Shown: one piece after another, positions 15,985 to 22,789 of the stretch
Layout of the letters: each line of letters starts with the position of its first letter
Numbering within the stretch: the first letter of the stretch is position 1
Assembly: GCA_964368235.1 (NCBI GenBank)
Contig: CAYIZY010000002.1
Coordinates: 1-32,216 of the forward strand
Length of the DNA stretch: 32,216 nucleotides
Direction: 5' to 3'
Source of the DNA: an uncultured Candidatus Saccharibacteria bacterium
Lineage (GTDB): Bacteria > Patescibacteriota > Minisyncoccia > UBA6257 > UBA11618
Program-made: the position numbers and the translations under genes
The notes under the pieces: generated by a model
The model's input: the letters and a program-made list of their open reading frames with translations, nothing else
What the model was told of the DNA's origin: nothing
Database searches by the model: none

Positions 15985-16012
15985 CCTCCGTCAGACGGGG
16001 GCTTTGTTTTTT
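15985..16012 (+). terminator. orphan plus-strand intrinsic terminator in the secD/pilM intergenic region
   Basis: CCTCCG (15985-15990) pairs with CGGGGG (15996-16001) around the loop TCAGA, then CTTTGTTTTTTG follows. The one non-Watson-Crick pair is G-U on the plus strand but C-A on the minus strand, so the structure favours the plus strand. No plus-strand gene lies upstream. Confidence 0.4.
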
Positions 16013-16021
16013 GATTAAAAC

Positions 16022-16068
16022 TTATCCACAGCATGTCTTCTTTTGTGACGATCGTCACGTTTGATGAT
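16022..16068 (+). repeat. 47-nt intergenic repeat, copy B (14-nt palindrome GTGACGATCGTCAC plus TTATCCACA 9-mer)
   Basis: It is the reverse complement of copy A (7681-7727) at 40/47 positions. It lies 9 nt downstream of the pilM-like stop codon. Confidence 0.85.
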
Positions 16069-16077
16069 GCGAGTTTT

Positions 16078-17604
16078 TTAAGATTTCTTCTTCACCTTCA
16101 TACTCATCTGAAAAGATACCCTCTCTCCTTCCTTAACAATCTGCGATAACGGCAAAGAGACATTTTCAAAATTTGGATTTTTAATCAACCTGTTTTTGAA
16201 ATTGATTACTTCAACTTCGCCACTGCCCGATCCGCCAATCAACATAGAAAGAGTTATGGGGTCAAAATGTAATCTACTGATGTTTATATTTTTCCCCGCC
16301 GTCAACCAAATTTGGTTTATTATAGAAAGCCATTTAGAACTATAGCCCTTGGCTTTAATCGCTTGCGCAACTAAATTATTAAAATCTTTTATCGTCTCTT
16401 GAAGATTTTTTAAGTCTTTTGGAATAATAATATTAGCAGTCATATTCAAGCGGTTAGTTAAATTATTATTTATTGAATATAAAAACCAAATTACCAACAA
16501 GCTACTAGCTAATAAAGTGCCGAAGGTGGCGATAAAAACATTGCGCCAGGTACTAACAAAATACAAAATTTTATTACGATGATATTCCTCCTTTGTTCCT
16601 AAACTAGTCAAGCTAATCAAATTATCTTCTGCTCTAGTTAAGAGCCCTCTCAAGGCGCCACCCAAAACAATTAAAGAAGTATTGTCAGTAATTGGGAATT
16701 CGCTTTTATTTAAATTTAGATTCTGAACATTCAAATTTAAACCCTTAAGAACATTGTTTATCTCTTCAACTTCATTAGCGCTAATCAAAATCAGGTTTGA
16801 AATAACTTCTCCCCAACGGCCATAATAGAAATTAATAATTTTTTGAATTTCCGAAGAAATTGATCCGCTAGCACTATTTTGCCAAGAAACAAAACGGTTA
16901 AAATATAAATTTCCGTTTTTTAAAATAATAAAATCTAAACCTTCATTACTGATAAAGAGTACGATTTGTGGTTTAGTCAAATCTATTCCCACCGACATTT
17001 TTTTTACAACCCTTGCCAAAGACAAGGCAGAAAATTCCAACGCCACAACAGAAAATCCCCCTGCCCTAAGCGCCTTTAAATATTCTTCAGAAATTTCTGA
17101 ACTTATAAAAGAACCCAATAATTCCAACTGACTATCATTGCCAGCGGCCAATTCCTCCCCCACCAATTGCCAATCGGAATAAACATTTTTAACGTCGATT
17201 GGGGAAATCATTTGTAAATTTAACCTTGCCGCTTCATCAATTTTATTTAAAGCAAGGTAGGGCAGATTAAAAATTTGGGTATAGACACTGTTGGCGCCAA
17301 TAGTCACGATTGCCGGAATTAATTTTTTCCCAATACTAAAATGAAGAATGCTTTGTTTAGGGAAACTATTTTCAACTTGTTGATGAAGCTGCGCCAGCGC
17401 AATAATCAAATTTTTTCTATCTTTAACAATTCCATTTTCTACAATACCTGGTGGCAGGCGAAGTGAGGCAGAGTTGATTTTTTTGTCATCAATGCGCAAA
17501 AAACGTAAAAAAGTATCAGAAATCTCCAGACAACCTATTGGGTGATTAAAATTTAAATGGTTAGTGATTTTTTTAAAATTAAATTTCATCAGATTCATTA
17601 ACAA
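16078..17604 (-). CDS. type IV pilus assembly protein, PilM-like actin-fold domain fused to a TM/PilN-like C-terminal part
   Basis: 508 aa. PilM-type segments are present (LEISDTFLRFLRID, LPPGIVENGIVKDRKNL, AGGFSVVALEFSALSLARVV). A single TM (VFIATFGTLLASSLLVIWFLY) in the last third is followed by a soluble tail. Confidence 0.65.
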   Translation of the reverse strand: MLMNLMKFNFKKITNHLNFNHPIGCLEISDTFLRFLRIDDKKINSASLRLPPGIVENGIVKDRKNLIIALAQLHQQVENSFPKQSILHFSIGKKLIPAIVTIGANSVYTQIFNLPYLALNKIDEAARLNLQMISPIDVKNVYSDWQLVGEELAAGNDSQLELLGSFISSEISEEYLKALRAGGFSVVALEFSALSLARVVKKMSVGIDLTKPQIVLFISNEGLDFIILKNGNLYFNRFVSWQNSASGSISSEIQKIINFYYGRWGEVISNLILISANEVEEINNVLKGLNLNVQNLNLNKSEFPITDNTSLIVLGGALRGLLTRAEDNLISLTSLGTKEEYHRNKILYFVSTWRNVFIATFGTLLASSLLVIWFLYSINNNLTNRLNMTANIIIPKDLKNLQETIKDFNNLVAQAIKAKGYSSKWLSIINQIWLTAGKNINISRLHFDPITLSMLIGGSGSGEVEVINFKNRLIKNPNFENVSLPLSQIVKEGERVSFQMSMKVKKKS

Positions 17605-18020
17605 GTAAAACTGGTGGATGCGACGATCTCATCGGTAGATAATAATTTTAATTCGCCGGTGTTTTTATTTATCTCAACAACGCTTCTTAATTGTCGATAT
17701 CGCCCCAGTGAACATCCGGTGGAAATGATTTCCTTTTTTAGAGTGTCGGAATTGCTCAAAAGAACATTTATCACAACTTGGTTTTTGTTGTCACCCGTTG
17801 GATCATAACCAGAAGAAGGATTAAAATTATTATCTCTAATCAAGCGTAAAACGGCATCTTGCGTCCCAGTTTTAGCTAATAAAAAAGCATCAGAGCTTAA
17901 CTGAAGATTGTAATTACTACGCGTTAAAAGATAAACAACCATTGAGCCAGTCAAAGCAATTACCGCCAATAAGCCGCCGAGCATCAAAACTGTTGGAATA
18001 ACAACTACACCTTTTCTCAT
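17598..18020 (-). CDS. small TM-anchored protein, PilX-N/minor pseudopilin-like
   Basis: 140 aa. It has an N-terminal hydrophobic helix (VVVIPTVLMLGGLLAVIALTGSMVVYLL) without a canonical G/E5 prepilin site. It is translationally coupled within the pilus-like operon. Confidence 0.45.
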   Translation of the reverse strand: MRKGVVVIPTVLMLGGLLAVIALTGSMVVYLLTRSNYNLQLSSDAFLLAKTGTQDAVLRLIRDNNFNPSSGYDPTGDNKNQVVINVLLSNSDTLKKEIISTGCSLGRYRQLRSVVEINKNTGELKLLSTDEIVASTSFTC

Positions 18021-18958
18021 GGACTATAGTTAATTATAACATCCTCTACGATTGGACTATAGGTTTGATAAATATCGGTTCGCAAAAAAACTTTATAGCG
18101 GAAATATCGCTTATTAACATGGCCTTTTATTTCCTTAAAAATACTTGGTCCAGTTGGTCGATAAAATGTACTTGCTGTTTGATCGTCACCAACAAAAGTC
18201 CACGGACCAGCATCGCTATTAGACGAAGCGATCTGAAATTCAACAATCGTACTACTATCAACAGAATTACCTTTCCACATAATAGAATTTAAAACTACGC
18301 CATCAATACTGCCGCTGTCTAAAACGCTTGAAGTAAGATTAGCAGATTGCACAGTAGATCCAGCGGAAGTTTTTACTTTATAAGTATATGCTGTAGTATT
18401 CGTATTATTTCCTCCGCAAGCGCCGGTGTCAGTATAGCCATTAGCATCGGTGTCACAATTACTCTTATTAAAACTTATCCAGCCAACAACATCATTCCAG
18501 GCCCAACCGGAAAAATCACCGCCATCAATGTTTACTCCATAAGGAAAAGGACTTTCCTGCACCCCTCCCATATTTGGATCGTGATCATTAGTATAACGAA
18601 AACTGATCCAGCCAATATTTTCACTCCAAGCCCAACCGGCCAAATTTCCACTAAAATCATTAGTGACATTATATGGAATGTTGCAGTTGCTTCCTAACGG
18701 GCCGGTAGCGCAATCAAAAGAAATATTCCCAATCGCCGAAGAATTGGCGTAACCCTCAATTTTATTTCCCCTTACCATTACTGAATTGGTGCCGTAAAAA
18801 TCTATCCAGCCAGTTACGTCATTCCAAGCCCACTTATCAACCGAATCTATATTAGTTGCTCCTTCTGCGCTATTAAAAATTAAAAAAGCAAGTGGAAAAA
18901 TCAAAAACAATAATTTTAAATTTAAAATTTTAAATTTTAAATTAATTTTAGTATCCAT
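18017..18958 (-). CDS. secreted repeat protein (W-x-W-x-x-x-x-G-W-I-x-F repeats) of the pilus-like operon
   Basis: 313 aa with a signal peptide ending ..FNSAEG. There are three clear repeats: WAWNDVTGWIDF, WAWSENIGWISF and WAWNDVVGWISF. The C-terminal beta-rich domain ends ..RYFRYKVFLRTDIYQTYSPIVEDVIINY. Confidence 0.7.
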   Translation of the reverse strand: MDTKINLKFKILNLKLLFLIFPLAFLIFNSAEGATNIDSVDKWAWNDVTGWIDFYGTNSVMVRGNKIEGYANSSAIGNISFDCATGPLGSNCNIPYNVTNDFSGNLAGWAWSENIGWISFRYTNDHDPNMGGVQESPFPYGVNIDGGDFSGWAWNDVVGWISFNKSNCDTDANGYTDTGACGGNNTNTTAYTYKVKTSAGSTVQSANLTSSVLDSGSIDGVVLNSIMWKGNSVDSSTIVEFQIASSNSDAGPWTFVGDDQTASTFYRPTGPSIFKEIKGHVNKRYFRYKVFLRTDIYQTYSPIVEDVIINYSP

Positions 18959-19622
18959 TTATTTTAATCGCTCCCTTAACTCCGCTAGATCCACCGTCGG
19001 CCACAGCAGTAGCAGTGTCGTATTTTGTAACGTCAATATAAGAACTCGATTGGCCACTCCCACCAGACCAATCAGTTTGTCTAATAGAAGTATTACGAGT
19101 TCGCGTTATATATTGTGATAATTTTAGATCGTAATTTTTCTCAGCCATTGTCCACTTAACAATAATCGTTGCTTTTTGAGTGGATTGATCTTCAGTAGAA
19201 CCACCGGTGCAACTTCCCGATTGAACTCCAAAAATTGACCCATCACTTAAACGACAAATATTTTCCAGAAAAAAATGACGGGTATAACTTATGTTGGAGA
19301 TAGAAATAGCTTCCTCACCAGAACGCCATTCTAAAGGCGTCCCAATTAAATAATATTTGTTAGCTGATCCTTTGTTTAAATTATAAAATCCTCTTGTTGC
19401 GGCACAGCTACCAGAAGATACGCAAAACCATTTTGATTCAGCATAGATTGATAAATTTTCTGCCAACTCTTGAACTAAAAAGGTTGCTGTTTGACGTTCT
19501 TTGTTGCGAGCATTTCCAAGACTGCTAATACTTAAAAGATTACTGGCTCCCAAAATAAAAATACCGGCAATCGTAGCGCCAATTATAACTTCAATAAGAG
19601 ATTGACCAGATTGCCGATTCAT
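18948..19622 (-). CDS. prepilin-type N-terminal cleavage/methylation domain protein (pseudopilin)
   Basis: 224 aa. MNRQSG/QSLIEVIIGATIAGIFILG has Gly at -1, Glu at +5 and the hydrophobic helix of type IV pilins. There is a QTDWSGG motif near the C-terminus. Confidence 0.75.
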   Translation of the reverse strand: MNRQSGQSLIEVIIGATIAGIFILGASNLLSISSLGNARNKERQTATFLVQELAENLSIYAESKWFCVSSGSCAATRGFYNLNKGSANKYYLIGTPLEWRSGEEAISISNISYTRHFFLENICRLSDGSIFGVQSGSCTGGSTEDQSTQKATIIVKWTMAEKNYDLKLSQYITRTRNTSIRQTDWSGGSGQSSSYIDVTKYDTATAVADGGSSGVKGAIKINGY

Positions 19623-19638
19623 TATTTTTATTATAACA
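19623..19638 (-). promoter_or_regulatory. extended -10 promoter giving an essentially leaderless pseudopilin mRNA
   Basis: On the minus strand TGTTATAAT (19638-19630) is followed by exactly 7 nt (AAAAATA) and the ATG at 19622. There is no SD. Only 27 nt separate the gene from tRNA-Ser. Confidence 0.5.
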
Positions 19639-19649
19639 TATAGGGAAAC

Positions 19650-19740
19650 GGTGGGGTGGCCGAGAGGTTTAAGGCGGCGCTCTTGAAAAGCGTTATGCCC
19701 TTTAAAGGCATCGTGAGTTCGAATCTCACCCCCACCGCCA
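19650..19740 (+). tRNA. tRNA-Ser (anticodon UGA), CCA encoded
   Basis: The cloverleaf was read by hand: acceptor GGTGGGG/CCCCACC, anticodon stem GCGCT/AGCGT with loop CTTGAAA, long variable arm (ATGCC..GGCAT), T-arm GTGAG-TTCGAAT-CTCAC, then discriminator G and CCA. Confidence 0.93.
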
Positions 19741-19749
19741 GGCCCATTT

Positions 19750-19778
19750 AAACAAAAAGAGTCCCGCTAGTGGGACTC
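19750..19778 (-). terminator. rho-independent terminator of the deiodinase-like gene
   Basis: On the minus strand GAGTCCC-ACTAGC-GGGACTC is followed by TTTTTGTTT. The stop codon TAG lies in the loop. Confidence 0.65.
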
Positions 19779-20471
19779 GCAATAATTCTTTAACCATAGA
19801 CGAACTTCATCAGGATGATAACCAAAGGGGCCGATGCCGCCTTTATAGGCAATTCGCCCATCCTTATCAATAATATACAATCTCTCAGGCCAAGCCGCAT
19901 AGCAATCATTGGCTTGATTAGACATCGTGTCCACGGCAAGTGGTAAAGTAAAACTAAATCGTTTAGCAAAATCTTTTGCAATACTTAGTCGTTGACTCAT
20001 GTCGCGAGGCTGAAGATAACAAATTCCTTCCATTTCATTAACCGGCATTTGCCATTCGTCGGTCGGGTGAGCTTCTTTAATATAAATAGTTAGGAAATCA
20101 ACTTTATCTTTATAGTCCTCGTAAAGCTGTTTCAGGTAACCTACCTGATCTCTAAAAGGTGGTCAGGTAAAGCTGCCGAAATTCAACACGAGAGGCTTCT
20201 TGTCTTTATTAAAATAATTAGAGAGGGAAATAGGCAAATCGGTTTTTAAGTCAATCAAATTAACATCGTTATAAAAATCACCCACTTTAAGATCGCCCTC
20301 ACTCATTTGTAACATTACTTTTTGCATTTGATTATTTTGATGCGGAAGCTTTGGAGTCTGAAGACGTTGAATTTCAACGTTCTTTTTCATATCTGGACGG
20401 TAAAGAGCATATACCATCATACCAATAAGACAAATCAATACAAAAAAGAAAATCCAAAGCTTCTTTTCCAT
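19767..20471 (-). CDS. iodothyronine deiodinase-like thioredoxin-fold protein with in-frame TGA (candidate selenocysteine) at codon 103
   Basis: Track ORFs 20163..20471 and 19767..20048 share one frame and the 38 codons between them are open. The read-through product carries LVLNFGSFT-[TGA]-PPF, EAHPTDEW and PERLYIIDKDGRIAYKGGIGPFGY. It has an N-terminal TM anchor. Confidence 0.75.
20132..20148 (-). promoter_or_regulatory. candidate bacterial SECIS hairpin
   Basis: In the mRNA, UCAGGUA-GGU-UACCUGA (7-bp stem, GGU loop) begins 14 nt after the UGA at 20165-20163. Confidence 0.35.
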
Positions 20472-20548
20472 TTTATTCTCCTTTCAAGTTTTCAAAAACA
20501 AGCTAATTTCAGTGTTTTATATTTAAATCAATTTGTCAAAAAAAATTT

Positions 20549-20585
20549 GATATAAAATTAAAATCCGCCCTAAACATGGACGGAT
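20549..20585 (-). terminator. rho-independent terminator of the 111-aa gene
   Basis: On the minus strand ATCCGTCC-ATGTTTA-GGGCGGAT forms an 8-bp stem with one G-U, followed by TTTTAATTTT. The stop codon is inside the stem-loop. Confidence 0.55.
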
Positions 20586-20905
20586 ATCTCAATCTCTTGG
20601 GCTCTCCCTTCTTCTTCTATTTTTTCTTTTGCTGGTTTTAGTAATTTAATAATATTATCTTTATTGAAATATTCTTCTCTCATTACTAAAAAAATAGCGG
20701 CGGATTTTACTATCTCGGCATATTGAATTAAACTGGCGCCAACAATTTTCTTTCCCTCTCGAAGAAAAAATATTCGATCAGCAAGCGCTCCGTATTCTTG
20801 GAGGTTAAGCTGCCGACCAATAGAACAAGATCGCAAAAGATTATTTAAATTTTTTAAATTCCTTAAAGCGCGGCGCAGCTTTTTAGCAAAAATCCTTTTT
20901 GTCAT
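20570..20905 (-). CDS. hypothetical protein
   Basis: 111 aa. A strong SD (AAAGGAGGTGG) precedes the ATG at 20905. It has a basic N-terminus and no recognisable family. Confidence 0.6.
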   Translation of the reverse strand: MTKRIFAKKLRRALRNLKNLNNLLRSCSIGRQLNLQEYGALADRIFFLREGKKIVGASLIQYAEIVKSAAIFLVMREEYFNKDNIIKLLKPAKEKIEEEGRAQEIEISVHV

Positions 20906-20968
20906 TAACCACCTCCTTTCAAGTTCCTGAATTAATTATATGCAATTAAAATTAAACAGCTTGTGGAT

Positions 20969-21005
20969 AAATAAAATTAAAACGCCGGGATAAAATCCTA
21001 GCGTT
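20969..21005 (-). terminator. rho-independent terminator after the second vWA gene
   Basis: On the minus strand AACGCTAGGAT-TTT-ATCCCGGCGTT forms an 11-bp stem with one mismatch and one G-U, followed by TTAATTTTATTT. Confidence 0.5.
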
Positions 21006-22005
21006 TCACATTTAATATACTTATTGTAAAAATAATAATCGCCGCTAAAGCAAAAAACCAGTGATAGATAAACACTGAAACGTAGTTGATCTGATCTTTG
21101 CCGGCCTTTCTGTTTTTGAAAATAATTTCTGACAAAATTTTTGATAATTCTTCTTTTTGACTGAAATTTCTATATACACCATTTCCCTGGCTGGAAATAT
21201 TTTTAAGAACATCTTCGTCTAATTGAGAATAAAGAGTCTTGCCATTATTATCTGTCATAAAACCGGCGGGGTTTCCTGACTGATCTCTTTTTATCAACGG
21301 CGTGACCAATCGATCACCGATGCCGAGCGAGTGTATCTGAAATCCCTTCTGAACAAGATTACTTATTTCTTTCTGTAACAAAGCCCTATTCACCAAAAAA
21401 CCATCTTCCTTGCCGCCATCAGATAAAACAACAATTAAATTAAATTCGTTTTTTCCAAAAGATTTAATCGCTGAAAATACATTTGCTAAATCAGTCCCAG
21501 GAGACATTACCGATTCAAAATTAACCTCTTCCAACAGCGCCAAAAAGGCGGAATAATTACGAGATGGCGGACAATAAAAAGTATTCGGATCACCGGCAAA
21601 AGGCACAAGCGCCACATCATAAATTCCATCCAAAGACTTATAAAAATCTCCTACCCACTCCTTGGCAGCCACTAAGCGATTGGGCTTAACATCCTCTGCG
21701 AAACTCATTGACAGAGAAACATCCAACAAAAAAATAATTCGGACATTTGGATATTCCTTTTTGGAAACCGTCTTTAGGTAATAAGGTTTTGCCAAACCAA
21801 AAATTATAAGAGCTAGTGACAACACAAACATCACGCCGGAAATTATTCTTGTCCGGAGAGTAGGCAGATTGCTGTTAAATTTAAAAATATTGGCCTTTGG
21901 CGAATTGATAAATCGGGAAAAGACAATCCAGGAATAAATAAACAAAAAACAGACAATTGGCAGGCACAACAGCAACCAAAGACAATTCGGTTCCAAGAAA
22001 TTCAT
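20998..22005 (-). CDS. BatA/BatB-like membrane protein with vWA domain
   Basis: SD AAAGGAGATTTT precedes the ATG at 22005 (MNFLEPNCLWLLLCLPIVCF, a BatA N-terminal type helix). It has the MIDAS motif DVSLSMS and a C-terminal TM (FFALAAIIIFTISIL). The 18-aa track extension is translated terminator sequence. Confidence 0.8.
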   Translation of the reverse strand: MNFLEPNCLWLLLCLPIVCFLFIYSWIVFSRFINSPKANIFKFNSNLPTLRTRIISGVMFVLSLALIIFGLAKPYYLKTVSKKEYPNVRIIFLLDVSLSMSFAEDVKPNRLVAAKEWVGDFYKSLDGIYDVALVPFAGDPNTFYCPPSRNYSAFLALLEEVNFESVMSPGTDLANVFSAIKSFGKNEFNLIVVLSDGGKEDGFLVNRALLQKEISNLVQKGFQIHSLGIGDRLVTPLIKRDQSGNPAGFMTDNNGKTLYSQLDEDVLKNISSQGNGVYRNFSQKEELSKILSEIIFKNRKAGKDQINYVSVFIYHWFFALAAIIIFTISILNVKR

Positions 22006-22036
22006 AAAATCTCCTTTCTTGGGATCCGGATCCAGA

Positions 22037-22072
22037 CGAAAGAAAAACCCCTGCATCAACGCAATGCTGGGG
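22037..22072 (-). terminator. terminator/attenuator hairpin between the TPR gene and the second vWA gene
   Basis: On the minus strand CCCCAGCAT-TGCGTTG-ATGCAGGGG forms a 9-bp stem with one mismatch, followed by TTTTTCTTTCG. It starts 1 nt after the TPR gene stop. Confidence 0.55.
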
Positions 22073-22073
22073 T

Positions 22074-22772
22074 TTAAAATTTTCCTTTGCGAATTCCCTG
22101 TCCGGCAGATTTTTGAGGCAACTGCCTAAGCATTTGCCCGGTGGGCATAGTAGCCCGTGTCAATAATTGGCTTCTATTAGTGATCAAAATTTCCACATTA
22201 ATTTCCGTATCAATATCTCTAGGTTTAGCCAGTAAAGCTTTTTTAAATGACTGAACAGTCTGATTAAATATTTCTATTTTTTCTTCATCTACTGCTATAA
22301 ACTGTAATACTCTATAATAAATTTCCCCTTTGGTATAATGCAAGCAGTGATTATATTTATCATCCCCCTCAATTTCCTCCAAGCGGTCAATAATTTCTTT
22401 GGCTTTTTTATAAGAAGCCATCGACTGCTGAAAATAAGATTCGATTAACGGATTAGTATCGTCTGGACTAATTGCTGATCGTAAACTTACGGCTCTAGCC
22501 AAATAATCTTCAGCCTCTTCAAAGCTGGATACAGCTTGCTTAAAGTTGTTGATTAGCCTGGCCTTCCGCCGAGTATCTTCTGGCAATTTATCAATTTCTT
22601 TATCGTTCAATCTCTCTTCTACATTTTTATAAAATTTATGTACCAGTTCTGTTTGTTCAATATTTTTATTCTTCGCAATCCTTTTCTGCTTAACAAAGTT
22701 TATGTGGGATAGCCCCAAATAAACTGAAACGAAAATCAGCAAAATAGCTAGAAAAGCTATTATAATTCTCAT
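22074..22772 (-). CDS. TM-anchored helical-repeat (TPR-like) protein, BatC-like position
   Basis: SD AAGGGGG precedes the ATG at 22772 (MRIIIAFLAILLIFVSVYLGL). The remainder is all-helical with TPR-like A/Y/K periodicity (YLARAVSL.., SYKKAKEII.., SFKKALLAKP). The track start at 22874 overlaps the upstream gene. Confidence 0.5.
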   Translation of the reverse strand: MRIIIAFLAILLIFVSVYLGLSHINFVKQKRIAKNKNIEQTELVHKFYKNVEERLNDKEIDKLPEDTRRKARLINNFKQAVSSFEEAEDYLARAVSLRSAISPDDTNPLIESYFQQSMASYKKAKEIIDRLEEIEGDDKYNHCLHYTKGEIYYRVLQFIAVDEEKIEIFNQTVQSFKKALLAKPRDIDTEINVEILITNRSQLLTRATMPTGQMLRQLPQKSAGQGIRKGKF

Positions 22773-22789
22773 GAGAACCCCCTTAATAA

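Noticed and set aside
18065-18697. Plus-strand ORFs 18065..18292 and 18347..18697 (116 aa), and similarly 29332..29664, 27898..28209, 25494..25790, 24904..25140, 14808..15005, 13972..14202, 12158..12562, 11746..12003, 8018..8254, 8910..9387, 6291..6479, 5756..5959 and 3677..3862
   Set aside because: All are antisense or out of frame within longer ORFs that carry clear family motifs or operon context. None has an SD or a recognisable domain.
19650-19740. tRNA-Ser(UGA), next to the candidate selenoprotein gene, as a possible tRNA-Sec
   Set aside because: The anticodon loop is CTTGAAA, so the anticodon is UGA (reads UCA Ser), not UCA. The acceptor stem is the normal 7 bp. It is an ordinary tRNA-Ser.
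19790-19981. 63-aa ORF in an alternative frame of the deiodinase-like gene
   Set aside because: It is out of frame with the conserved deiodinase-family motifs, which occupy the other frame across the same DNA.
20163-20165. Genome-wide TGA reassignment (code 4 or code 25) as the explanation for the in-frame TGA
   Set aside because: TGA terminates other well-supported ORFs in this window at sensible C-termini, for example the DUF2384-like gene at 7191 and the ComEC channel part at 5867. Standard code 11 therefore fits.
22022-22033. GGATCCGGATCC perfect 12-nt palindrome upstream of the second vWA gene as an operator
   Set aside because: About 8 perfect 12-nt palindromes are expected by chance in 32 kb (32,216/4096). 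There is no second copy or other supporting feature.
22006-22059. N-terminal extensions of track ORFs (22006-22059, 22773-22874, 27307-27345, 7620-7688)
   Set aside because: Each shorter start has a strong SD at proper spacing. The extensions either translate a terminator hairpin, overlap the upstream gene by about 85 nt, or lack any SD.
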